The notes under the pieces: model-generated
What the model was told of the DNA's origin: nothing
The model's input: the letters and a program-made list of their open reading frames with translations, nothing else
The model's database searches: none
Position numbers and translations under genes: made by a program
In this document: positions 37,080-45,822 of the stretch, piece after piece
Position numbering within the stretch: the first letter of the stretch is position 1
Layout of the letters: each line of letters starts with the position of its first letter
Source of the DNA: an uncultured delta proteobacterium
GTDB lineage: Bacteria; Myxococcota_A; UBA9160; UBA4427
NCBI GenBank assembly: GCA_963822965.1
Contig: CAWGJT010000005.1
Location: 1,024,001 to 1,088,000 of the forward strand
DNA length: 64,000 nt
Direction of reading: 5' to 3'

Positions 37080-38024
37080 ATGGCGTTCGGGCACGACACC
37101 ACCACCGAGGAGGTCCTGCAGGGCGTCGATCTGAGCGGACGCCGCGCGGTCGTGACCGGGGCCTCCGGCGGGCTCGGTGCCGAGACGGCCCGGGCGCTGG
37201 CCTCGCGCGGCGCCGCCGTCACCCTGGCGGTGCGCAACGTCGCGAAGGCCGAGGCCGTGGCCGAGGCCATCCGCGGGAGCACCGGCAATCCCCGGATCGA
37301 CGTGGGAGAGCTCGAGCTCTCGATTCCCCAGAGCGTGCGGACCTTCGCCAAGGGATGGCTGGCAGAGCACGACGCGCTGCAGCTGCTGGTCAACAACGCC
37401 GGGGTGATGGCGTGCCCGCTCGAGCGCAACGCCCTCGGCTGGGAGATGCAGCTCGCCACCAATCACCTCGGGCACTTCCTGCTCACCTGCCTGCTGGCGC
37501 CGGCGCTCCGGGCAGGCGCCCCCGCCCGGGTGGTGAACCTGAGCTCGGGCGGCCACCGCCTGGGCGGCGTCGACTTCGACGATCCCCACTACGAGCGGCG
37601 GGACTACGACAAGTGGCAGGCCTACGGTCAGTCGAAGACGGCGAACGTGCTCTTCACCGTGGAGCTCGACCGGCGGATGGCGGAGAGGGGCGTGCGCGCC
37701 TACGCGGTGCACCCCGGCGTCATCATGACCGAGCTGGCGCGGCACATGCAGCCGGACGACATGAAGACGCTGCAGAGCCGAGCACCGGCGGGCGGTCTGC
37801 GCTTCAAGCCCGTGGAGGCCGGCGCGGCGACCAGCGTGTGGGCGGCCACCGCGCCCGAGCTCGAGGGTCGCGGGGGGCTGTATCTCGAGGACTGCCACGT
37901 CGCGAAGCCCGCCGAAGAGACCGGGGGCGAGGGCGGCTTTGCGGCCTGGGCGGTGGACCCGAACGCGGCCGCGCGCCTGTGGGCGCTCTCCGAGGAGCTC
38001 GTCGGCGAGCGCTTCGAACCCTGA
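37080..38024 (+). CDS. SDR oxidoreductase (retinol dehydrogenase/protochlorophyllide reductase-like)
   Basis: TGASGGLG, NNAGVM, TNHLGHF, YGQSK, HPGVI. Confidence 0.92.
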   Translation: MAFGHDTTTEEVLQGVDLSGRRAVVTGASGGLGAETARALASRGAAVTLAVRNVAKAEAVAEAIRGSTGNPRIDVGELELSIPQSVRTFAKGWLAEHDALQLLVNNAGVMACPLERNALGWEMQLATNHLGHFLLTCLLAPALRAGAPARVVNLSSGGHRLGGVDFDDPHYERRDYDKWQAYGQSKTANVLFTVELDRRMAERGVRAYAVHPGVIMTELARHMQPDDMKTLQSRAPAGGLRFKPVEAGAATSVWAATAPELEGRGGLYLEDCHVAKPAEETGGEGGFAAWAVDPNAAARLWALSEELVGERFEP

Positions 38025-38076
38025 CGGCGACCGGCCGCCCGGCGCCGAGAAGCGAGCGAAGGAGCGCGAACCCACC

Positions 38077-38916
38077 ATGAAGATCGGACTCTTCGGCATC
38101 AACTTCGGTCCCTGCTCGCAGCCCGACGCGCTGGTGCGCGTGGCCCGCCATGCAGAGGACGCGGGGCTCGAGTCCCTCTGGACCGGGGAGCACGTCGTGC
38201 TCCCGGATCCCCAGGCGCCGCCGTCGCCCGCTCCCCCGCAGCTGCCGATGCTCGATCCCTCGGTGGCCCTCGCGTTCGCCGCCGCCGCAACGAAGCGCGT
38301 GCGCCTGGGCACCGGAATCATCATCCTGCCCCAGCGCAACGCCGTGGAGCTCGCCAAGGAGCTGGCGAGCGTGGACGTGGTCTCGGGGGGACGCCTCGTC
38401 TTCGGCCTGGGTGCCGGCTATCTCGAGCCGGAGTTCCGCGCCCTGGGCGCCAACTTCGAGGAGCGCGGTGCCCTCACCGACGAGTCCATCGACGTCCTGC
38501 GCGCGTTGTGGACCCAGGAGAAGCCGCACTTCGAGGGGCGCTTCTACCGCTTCTCGGGCATCGACGCCCACCCGCGTCCCGTGCAGCAGCCGCACCCGCC
38601 GATCGTGGTCGGAGGCATGAGCCGCGCCGGGGCGAGGCGCGCGGCCCGCAAGGGCAACGGCTGGTACGGCTACTTCACGACGCCGGAGGCGACCGCGAAG
38701 TCGCTCGGCTGGATCCGCGAGGCGGTCGCCGCGGGAGAGCGTCCGGCGGCGCTCGGCGAGATCGAGCTCTCGGTGACGCCGCCCGCGCCCATCACCCCGG
38801 ACCTGGTGAAGCAGTACGCGGAGCTCGGCATCCACCGCATCATCGGCACGACCCCGGCCCGCGACCTGGACACGGTGCTGCGCTTCGTCGACGAGCTGGC
38901 GGGCTACGTCGACTGA
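38077..38916 (+). CDS. LLM-class flavin/F420-dependent oxidoreductase
   Basis: ESLWTGEHVVLP, RVRLGTGIIILPQR, DVVSGGRL, PRPVQQPHPPIVVGG. Confidence 0.88.
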   Translation: MKIGLFGINFGPCSQPDALVRVARHAEDAGLESLWTGEHVVLPDPQAPPSPAPPQLPMLDPSVALAFAAAATKRVRLGTGIIILPQRNAVELAKELASVDVVSGGRLVFGLGAGYLEPEFRALGANFEERGALTDESIDVLRALWTQEKPHFEGRFYRFSGIDAHPRPVQQPHPPIVVGGMSRAGARRAARKGNGWYGYFTTPEATAKSLGWIREAVAAGERPAALGEIELSVTPPAPITPDLVKQYAELGIHRIIGTTPARDLDTVLRFVDELAGYVD

Positions 38917-38928
38917 ACGGGCGCCCCA

Positions 38929-38967
38929 TCGACTGAGAGAGTCGACCGAGAGAATCGACCGAGAGAG
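38929..38967 (+). repeat. 13-bp tandem repeat TCGACYGAGAGAR x3 between convergent genes
   Basis: tcgactgagagag tcgaccgagagaa tcgaccgagagag; the unit echoes the LLM gene end TCGACTGA. Confidence 0.8.
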
Positions 38968-38987
38968 ATGGGACTACGACCCTCGCG

Positions 38988-39845
38988 TCAGTAGCGCGTT
39001 GCCCCGCGCTGGTGGGCGTAGGAGAGATAGGCGATGCGCCGGAAGCCGAGATCCATGTCCGGCGCCTCGGTGACCACGGTGCTCTCGCCCGCGAGCTGGA
39101 ACTCCGGCAGCGAGGCCAGGTTCGCCCGCATGGCCTCGTCCGGCGCCTCCACCAGATCGACCTCGATCTCGTAGGGGGCCGGCTCGGCCCGGTAGGGTGA
39201 CAGCTCGCCGCTGCGTGCCCGCATGACGGCACGCCGGGCGCCGCTCCGGATGGCCTCCCGCGCCCGGGCCGGCGGGATCACCTCGCCGGCCTGTCGGCCG
39301 AGGGCCTTCTTTACCTGCACCGCCTCGACGTCCGGAACGCGCTTGCGTACCTCCTCGATCACCATCTGGTCCCCGGTGACGAGCCCCACCGGCGCACCCA
39401 CCTCGCCGGCGCGGATGGTGAAGAGGTCCGGCTCGCCCACCGCCCGGCCGGCCACCCGGACGCTCCGGAAGCGCCCGCTGGACACCGTGTGGGCCATGAT
39501 GCCCGGCCAGCTTCCCGCGGCCGCGTGATGGCCCACGAGCATCACGAGATCGACGCTCTCGTCGAGCGCCGACAGGGTACTGGCGCCCGGTCGCCCGGCG
39601 CCCCGGACGACGCTGCAGCGCGAATCGATCTCGTCCAGCAGCAGGACGCACAGATCCTCGACGCCGTGGTTCTCTTCGACGACCACCTCCCGTGCACCGG
39701 CCTCGAACGCACCGGCGATCGCCGCGTTGGCGTCGAGCGTCATCAGCCGGCGGTTGCGCTCGAAGTCGATGCCCTGGGACGCGACATCCAGCCAGCGGAC
39801 GAGGCCCGAGATGCCCTCCATGTCCACGCTGAGGAAGACCTTCAT
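38988..39845 (-). CDS. dppA: D-aminopeptidase, peptidase family M55 (DppA-like)
   Basis: MKVFLSVDMEGISG, ANAAIAGAFEAGA, GHHA, AHT, VTGD. Confidence 0.88.
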   Translation of the reverse strand: MKVFLSVDMEGISGLVRWLDVASQGIDFERNRRLMTLDANAAIAGAFEAGAREVVVEENHGVEDLCVLLLDEIDSRCSVVRGAGRPGASTLSALDESVDLVMLVGHHAAAGSWPGIMAHTVSSGRFRSVRVAGRAVGEPDLFTIRAGEVGAPVGLVTGDQMVIEEVRKRVPDVEAVQVKKALGRQAGEVIPPARAREAIRSGARRAVMRARSGELSPYRAEPAPYEIEVDLVEAPDEAMRANLASLPEFQLAGESTVVTEAPDMDLGFRRIAYLSYAHQRGATRY

Positions 39846-39871
39846 GCGCGCCAGTGTATCATGCGCGCATG
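39843..39871. promoter_or_regulatory. Compact symmetric bidirectional promoter feeding two leaderless genes
   Basis: CATGCGCGC-cagtgtatcat-GCGCGCATG; TATCAT lies 6 nt before the + ATG and TACACT 7 nt before the - ATG; no SD on either side. Confidence 0.6.
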
Positions 39872-40666
39872 GGCGAGCCGCGAAGGACCGCACTCGTGAC
39901 CGGCGCCTCGGCGGGGATCGGGAGCGCGTTTGCGCGTCTCCTCGCCCGGCGCGGCTTCGACCTGGTGCTGGTGGCCCGCCGGCGGGAACGGCTCGAGACG
40001 CTGGCCAAGGAGCTGGAGCAGGACGGCGACGTGACGGCCCACGTGCTGGCCGCCGACCTCGCGAACCCCGGGGCGCCCCGTGCGATCCGCGACGAGCTGC
40101 TGCAACGCGGCATCGGGGTGGACGTGCTCGTGAACAACGCGGGCTATGGCCTGGCCCGCGGCTTCTCGGAAGCCGACTGGAAGGAGCACGCCGATCTCCT
40201 GCAGGTGATGGCGACCTCGGTCACCGAGCTGTGCCACCTCTTCGTTCCGGGCATGAAGGCGCGCGGCTGGGGACGGATCGTGAACGTGGCCTCGGTGGCG
40301 GCCTTCACGCCTCAGGTGGCGGGGAACCTCTACGGCGGCGTGAAGCGCTACGTAGTGGACTTCTCGAAGGCCCTGGCCCTCGAGCTCGACGGGACGGGCG
40401 TCCGCGTGTGCGCTCTTTGCCCGGGCTACACGAAGACCGAGTTCCACGACGTGATGGGCGTGCAGGACCAGATCGACGCCCTGCCGGGCTGGCTCGTGAT
40501 GAGCGCCGACGAGGTCGCCTCGCGGGGCTGGTCGGCGGTCGAGCGGGGCGAGCCCGTGTGCGTGCCGGGTCTTCTCTATCGCGCGCTGGTCGCGGTATGC
40601 CGGGTGGCGCCGCCGTTCCTGCTACGCGCGCTGGCGCGCCGGAGCGTACTCCGGTCGCGACGCTGA
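39869..40666 (+). CDS. Short-chain dehydrogenase/reductase (SDR)
   Basis: TGASAGIG, LVNNAG, YGGVK, CPGYTKTEF. Confidence 0.92.
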   Translation: MGEPRRTALVTGASAGIGSAFARLLARRGFDLVLVARRRERLETLAKELEQDGDVTAHVLAADLANPGAPRAIRDELLQRGIGVDVLVNNAGYGLARGFSEADWKEHADLLQVMATSVTELCHLFVPGMKARGWGRIVNVASVAAFTPQVAGNLYGGVKRYVVDFSKALALELDGTGVRVCALCPGYTKTEFHDVMGVQDQIDALPGWLVMSADEVASRGWSAVERGEPVCVPGLLYRALVAVCRVAPPFLLRALARRSVLRSRR

Positions 40667-40670
40667 CCCA

Positions 40671-40751
40671 CCCTTGACCCTTCGGGCGCACCCTTGACCC
40701 TTCCGGCGCACTCTTGACCCTTTCGGCGCACTCTTGACCCTTTCGGCGCAC
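40671..40751 (+). repeat. 20-bp tandem repeat C(C/T)CTTGACCCTT(C/T)(G/C)GGCGCA x4
   Basis: Four consecutive near-identical units start at 40671, 40691, 40711 and 40731; the last contains the candidate TTG start of the STT3-like gene. Confidence 0.9.
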
Positions 40752-42713
40752 CGCCGTCCGTCCCTTCGCAGCGCCGCGACCGCGGCGGCGCTCTTCGGGC
40801 TCGCCTTCGCGGTGCGATGCATCCCCTGGCCCCGCGTCCTCGACCCGGCGACGGGCAGCGTCCACCTCGTCGGCACCGACGCCTACTACCACCTGCGCCG
40901 CGTGCTCTTCACTCTCGCGAACTTCCCGCAGAGCCTGACCTTCGATCGCTACATCAACTTTCCCCACGGCGGCGAGCCCATCTGGACGCCGGTCTTCGAC
41001 TGGCTGCTCGCGGTGATAGCCCTTCCGGTCCGCGCGGGAGCCGGCTCCGCGGATGCGACACGCGTGGAAGCGTGGCTCGTCTGGGTGCCGCCGCTGCTCG
41101 GCGCCGGCACGGTGGTCGTCCTGTACTCGCTCGCGCGACGGCTCTTCGACGAGGCCACGGCCGCGGCTTCCGGGGCGATCCTGTGCGTGCTGTCGGCCCA
41201 CTACTGGTACTCGCAGATCGGCTTCGTCGACCACCACGCCGCGGTCGCGTTCCTCTCGGCGTTGCTGCTGGGGGCGGGCATCCGGCTGCTGCTCGCGCTC
41301 GAGAGCGGCCCGGCCCGGGGGCCGGCCGTCGCGACGGGCCTGGCGATGGCGGCGATCGTGCTCGTCTGGCCGGGCGGCGTGCTGCACGTGGGGATCGTCG
41401 AGGGCGCGCTGCTCGCCACCTGGAGCACGCGGCGAAGCCGGGAGGACGCCCGCCGCTTCGCCGAGGCGGCGGCGATCGCCAACGTCGTATCGTTCTGCTG
41501 CGTGGCACCCTTCTGCTTCGGCACCCAATGGTCGGGCTGGAGCGAGTTCAGCCCCGCCGTGCTCTCCCGCTTCCAGCCCTGGCTCTTCGGGGCGTTCGCC
41601 CTTCACGCGGGCGTGTGCGCCGCGAGCTGGCGCACCGACTGGGGCGAGACGACCGGAGGCCGCGCGGCGCAGAGCCTGTTCGCCGGGGTCTCCCTGCTGG
41701 CGATCAGCGTCTCGTTCTTCCCGGTGCTGCTCGTCGGGGCCGTCGACGCGCTGCGCTGGCTCCTGCGCGGCGAGACCTTCCAGTCCGTGGTGGCGGAGTC
41801 GCGGCCCCTCTTCCAGGCGGGCGACCTGTCGGCGCGCATCCCCGACACGACCGTCGCCGAGGCGCGTCTCTCGCTCTTCGTCTACTTCTCGCCGGTGGCG
41901 GCAGCCCTCCTCGCGTGGACGAGCCGCTCCGGGCCGAGTCGTCACGCGAGACGCCTGGTCGTCCTGCAGGTGCTGGTGCTCGGCGGCGTGACGCTGCTGC
42001 AGCGCCGCTTCTTCAACACCTTCTCCGTCGCGCTGGCCCTGCTGATGGGATGGAGCCTGGTGACCTGCTTCCGCATGGCGACCCGGGACGGGGCGGTCGC
42101 GTTTGGCGGCCGCTGGCGCCCCCGTGCCGTGGCCGCCGGGCTCGCGGCCGTCAGCATGTGGCTGCTGCAGCCGGTCCTCGAGTCGTACCGGCTGCCGCTG
42201 CGGAACGTCCACGAAGCGCTCGCCGGCCGGCCGCTCACGCTGCCCTCCGCGATTCTGCGCATGCGGCGCTTCGCCCGGGCCGCCACGTGGATGCGCGAGA
42301 ACACCCCGCCCACCGCCGGCTTCCTCGACGCTGGCGAGGAGCCCGCGTACGGGGTCCTGTCGCTGTGGACCCACGGGCACCTGATCGAGTACATGGCCCG
42401 GCGGCCCAGCATCGCCGACAACTTCGGGGACGACCTGGGCGGCACGAACTTCGACGCCAGCTATCGCTTCTACCAGGCGGAGGAGACCGAGGCCCGGGAG
42501 ATCGCCGCCGCCCTGCGCGTGGGCTACGTGCTGATCCGCACCTCGGAGGGCGGAGAGCGCAACGCCCTGCCCCGGGACTCCATGCGCTACCGGCTCTCCG
42601 GAGCGCCCCGCGAGCTGGAGCGGCTCTCGTGGCTCCGTCTCGTCTACGAAGCCCCGCTGCCGCCGGGCGACCCCAGCCGCATCCGCATCTTCCAGGTGAT
42701 TCCGCCGCCCTGA
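40734..42713 (+). CDS. STT3/AglB/PglB-like oligosaccharyltransferase
   Basis: GTDAYYHLRR, FDRYINFPHG, GFVDHHA, about 13 TM helices, QRRF; LSLWTHGH...RRPSIADNFG occupies the WWDYG-motif position. Confidence 0.78.
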   Translation: MTLSAHRRPSLRSAATAAALFGLAFAVRCIPWPRVLDPATGSVHLVGTDAYYHLRRVLFTLANFPQSLTFDRYINFPHGGEPIWTPVFDWLLAVIALPVRAGAGSADATRVEAWLVWVPPLLGAGTVVVLYSLARRLFDEATAAASGAILCVLSAHYWYSQIGFVDHHAAVAFLSALLLGAGIRLLLALESGPARGPAVATGLAMAAIVLVWPGGVLHVGIVEGALLATWSTRRSREDARRFAEAAAIANVVSFCCVAPFCFGTQWSGWSEFSPAVLSRFQPWLFGAFALHAGVCAASWRTDWGETTGGRAAQSLFAGVSLLAISVSFFPVLLVGAVDALRWLLRGETFQSVVAESRPLFQAGDLSARIPDTTVAEARLSLFVYFSPVAAALLAWTSRSGPSRHARRLVVLQVLVLGGVTLLQRRFFNTFSVALALLMGWSLVTCFRMATRDGAVAFGGRWRPRAVAAGLAAVSMWLLQPVLESYRLPLRNVHEALAGRPLTLPSAILRMRRFARAATWMRENTPPTAGFLDAGEEPAYGVLSLWTHGHLIEYMARRPSIADNFGDDLGGTNFDASYRFYQAEETEAREIAAALRVGYVLIRTSEGGERNALPRDSMRYRLSGAPRELERLSWLRLVYEAPLPPGDPSRIRIFQVIPPP

Positions 42714-42735
42714 GGCGCAGGGACCGTCCGGCGCT

Positions 42736-43839
42736 TCAGCGGAAGTCCGCCAGGCGGACGGGCTGCCGGCGGGCGCCCCAGCTGCCGGGCCGGGCCTCGA
42801 AGACGCCGGGGCACGGGGTCTGGCAGCGACGACAGCGGCCTTTCTCGTCGAGGTTCCAGGCGGTGAGCACGTACCAGTCGCGGCCGATCAGACGCTCGCC
42901 ACAGTGGTGACACCAGGTGCTGCCGCCGTCCTCGTCGTGGACGTTGCCGGTGTAGACGTAGCGGAGCCCGTAGCTGCGGGCGATCTCTCGCGCGCGGGTC
43001 AGGGTGGCCGCGGGCGTCGCCACCTTGTCGCGCATGCGATAGTCCGGATGGAAGGCCGTGAAGTGCCACGGCACCTCGGGGCCGAGCTTGTCGGCCACCC
43101 AGCGGCTCGCGCCGTGAAGCTCCGCGTCGGAATCGTTCTCGCCCGGGATCAGCAGGGTGGTGAGCTCCACCCAGACGTCGGTCTCGCACACCAGCGTCTC
43201 GATGCTCTCGAGCACGGCGCGCAGCTCCGCGGTGCAGAGCTTCTGATAGAAGGTCTCGCTGAAGGCCTTGAGGTCGACGTTGGCCGCGTCGAGGTGTCGT
43301 TGCAGCTCCTGCAACGGCTCCGGCTCGATGTAGCCGGCCGTCACCGCGACCGTGCGAACGCCCCGCTCGTGACAGGCGATCGCCGTATCCACCGCGTATT
43401 CGAGGAAGATCACCGGGTCGTTGTAGGTGAAGGCCACGCTGCGACAGCCGAGGGCCTCGGCGGCGCGCGCGATGCGCTCGGGGGGCGCCTCGTCGGACAG
43501 GGTCTCGATCTCCCGGGACTTGCTGATGTCCCAGTTCTGGCAGAAGCGGCAGGTGAGGTTGCAGCCCGCCGTCCCGAAGGAGAGGACCGGCGTGCCGGGC
43601 AGGAAATGGTTGAGGGGCTTCTTCTCGATGGGGTCGATGCAGTAGCCGCTCGACTTCCCGTAGGTGGTGAGGACGAGGCGGTCGCCCTGCCGGGCGCGGA
43701 CGAAGCAGAGGCCCCGTTGGCCGTCCTTCAGCTCGCAGCGCCGCGGACACACGTCGCAGCGGATGCGGCCGTCTGGGAGCCTCGTCCAGTAGCGGGCCGG
43801 GGCGCCTTCCAACACCTCGGACGTCTCGGATGCGGACAT
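42736..43839 (-). CDS. amrS: AmmeMemoRadiSam system radical SAM enzyme
   Basis: CDVCPRRC...GLCFVR, DPIEKKPLNHFLPG, GCNLTCRFCQNWDIS (CX3CX2C), AFTYNDP, HFTAFHPDY, YVYTGNV, C-terminal CxxC pairs. Confidence 0.92.
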   Translation of the reverse strand: MSASETSEVLEGAPARYWTRLPDGRIRCDVCPRRCELKDGQRGLCFVRARQGDRLVLTTYGKSSGYCIDPIEKKPLNHFLPGTPVLSFGTAGCNLTCRFCQNWDISKSREIETLSDEAPPERIARAAEALGCRSVAFTYNDPVIFLEYAVDTAIACHERGVRTVAVTAGYIEPEPLQELQRHLDAANVDLKAFSETFYQKLCTAELRAVLESIETLVCETDVWVELTTLLIPGENDSDAELHGASRWVADKLGPEVPWHFTAFHPDYRMRDKVATPAATLTRAREIARSYGLRYVYTGNVHDEDGGSTWCHHCGERLIGRDWYVLTAWNLDEKGRCRRCQTPCPGVFEARPGSWGARRQPVRLADFR

Positions 43840-43875
43840 GTCACCTCCTTCGCCCCCGCCGGCCCGTGTCCCGGC

Positions 43876-43982
43876 CTCTCGAGCCGGCTCGAGAGAGAGC
43901 AGAGCAAGGAGCGTGCCGCCGGAGAGAGACCCCTCCTACGGGGCTGTCGTTGGATGCCGGAAGCCCCGGCCGGGGCTTCCGG
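43876..43982. other. Two perfect palindromes in the amrS leader / intergenic region
   Basis: CTCTCGAGCCGGCTCGAGAG (43876-43895) and CCGGAAGCCCCGGCCGGGGCTTCCGG (43957-43982). Confidence 0.6.
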
Positions 43983-44099
43983 GGACGCCGGCCTGGGACC
44001 AAACGGGGCAAGTCGGCCGCGCCGGCCCGGGGGGCGTCCGTCGAGCAGCCCGACCCGGGATGGGTCGGCTTGCGCTGCGAAAGAATGCCGCGGACTCCG

Positions 44100-45755
44100 C
44101 TAGAGCTCGCGATTCGCGGCCAGGGCCTGCCCCAGCCGCCGCAGCGCCGCCGAGCAGTCCTGGGGATCGACGTGCACCTCGATGAACGCGAGTGTGTCGC
44201 GCTCCCGGCCGGCGCGCTCGAGGGCCGCTTCCAGCTCGCCCTCGGTGCGCACCTCGCAGCTCCAGCCTCCCCCGAAGACCTCGGGCAGCTGGTGGTAGCG
44301 CCAGTTCTGGATGTCGTTGTAGGGGCCGTCGTGGATCACCCGCTCCACCGTGTAGCCGCGGTTGTTCATCAGGAAGATCACCGGGGCGAGCCCCTGGCGG
44401 ATCACCGTCGAGAGCTCCTGGGCGGTCATCTGGAAGGCGCCGTCGCCCACGAAGACGATCGCGCGACGATCCCGGTCCGCCAGGCCCACCCCCAGGGCAC
44501 CCGGCACGGTGAAGCCGATGGAGCAGTAGAAGGCCTGGCAGATGAAGCCCACCCCCTCGTGCATGACCAGGTCGCCCGCGCACAGGAACGAGTCGCCGGC
44601 GTCGGCGAGCACGATGTGGTCGTCCTCGAGAAAGTGGTTCACGCGCTCGTAGAATCGCTCGATGGTGACCGGCTCCGTGGGGCGAGGCTCGAAGCGCTCG
44701 TCGAGGGATCGCGTCGCGGGCCGGAACGAGCCGGCCTCGGGGTGCACGCTTCCGGCGAGCGCCTCGCGCAGACGGTCGATGAAGTCGCCCAGATACACCT
44801 TGTCGAAGTAGTGGCGCTTGATCTGCACCCGGTCCGCGCTCGCGTGAATGAGGCGTCCCAGCTCGATGTGGGCGGTGTAGATGCCGAGGTTGATGTCGCT
44901 CATCCAGGCGCCCAGGCTCAGGACGCAGTCCGCTCCTTCGACAGTCTCCCGCACGTAGTCCTCCGAGAGCGCGCCGGAGTAGACGCCGATGTACTGCGGG
45001 TGCGTCTCCCGGATCACCGACTTGCCCATCAGTGCGGTGGCCATCGGGTAGTGGACCTCGTCGAGGAAGCGCTCGAGCCGTCCCTCCAGGCCGAAGCGGT
45101 GCACCTCCACGCCACCCAGCAGGACGGGACGCTCGGCGGCGCGCAGCATCGCGGCGGCCTCCTCCACGGCCTCGGAGAGCACCTCGGGATCGGTGCGCGG
45201 CGCCAGATCGAGGTCGAGGGGCTTCGGGGCGCGGCAGGGCGAGCCGACGAGGTCGGCCGGCACCTCGATGAACACCGGGCGCCGGTGGCGGATGCAGGCC
45301 GTGATCGCGTCGTCGATCTCCTCGGGCGCGTCCTCGGGGCTCGAGAGACCCACCGAACGCTGGGTGACGTGCTGGAAGACGGCCACCTCGACCCCGTAGT
45401 CTCCCAGGGTGTGGTGGAGCAGGCGCCGCGCGTCCCGGTCGCTGCGGTTCGGCCCGCCGCAGACCGCGATGACCGCCACGCGTTCCGCGTACGCGCCGGC
45501 GATGGCGTTCAGCAGGCTGAAGCCGCCCACCGCATAGGTCACGCAGACGGCGCCCACACCGTTCACCCGCGCGTAGGCGTCGGCCGCGTAGCCCGCATTC
45601 AGCTCGTTGCAGGTGCCGACGAGCTCGAGGGGGCTGTCGACGATCCGATCCATCAGGCCGAGCACGTAGTCGCCGGGCACGCCGAAGACGTGACGGACCC
45701 CGACCTCCCGCAGACGCTCGACCAGGTAGGTTCCCACCGTCCAGCGATCCGTCAT
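44100..45755 (-). CDS. TPP-dependent alpha-keto acid decarboxylase (pyruvate/indolepyruvate decarboxylase family)
   Basis: FGVPGDY, CNELNAGYAADAYAR, LLHHTLG, GDGAFQMTAQELS...NNRGYTVER TPP motif. Confidence 0.92.
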   Translation of the reverse strand: MTDRWTVGTYLVERLREVGVRHVFGVPGDYVLGLMDRIVDSPLELVGTCNELNAGYAADAYARVNGVGAVCVTYAVGGFSLLNAIAGAYAERVAVIAVCGGPNRSDRDARRLLHHTLGDYGVEVAVFQHVTQRSVGLSSPEDAPEEIDDAITACIRHRRPVFIEVPADLVGSPCRAPKPLDLDLAPRTDPEVLSEAVEEAAAMLRAAERPVLLGGVEVHRFGLEGRLERFLDEVHYPMATALMGKSVIRETHPQYIGVYSGALSEDYVRETVEGADCVLSLGAWMSDINLGIYTAHIELGRLIHASADRVQIKRHYFDKVYLGDFIDRLREALAGSVHPEAGSFRPATRSLDERFEPRPTEPVTIERFYERVNHFLEDDHIVLADAGDSFLCAGDLVMHEGVGFICQAFYCSIGFTVPGALGVGLADRDRRAIVFVGDGAFQMTAQELSTVIRQGLAPVIFLMNNRGYTVERVIHDGPYNDIQNWRYHQLPEVFGGGWSCEVRTEGELEAALERAGRERDTLAFIEVHVDPQDCSAALRRLGQALAANREL

Positions 45756-45822
45756 GGCGCGTGAACGTAGCAGCACCGCCCACCGGCTCCGATCGTCGCC
45801 GGGGATCCGGAAACCGGCCGGC

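Noticed and set aside
40664..40752. Possible CRISPR array
   Set aside because: The units are directly adjacent with no unique spacers, and there are no cas genes; this is a simple tandem repeat.
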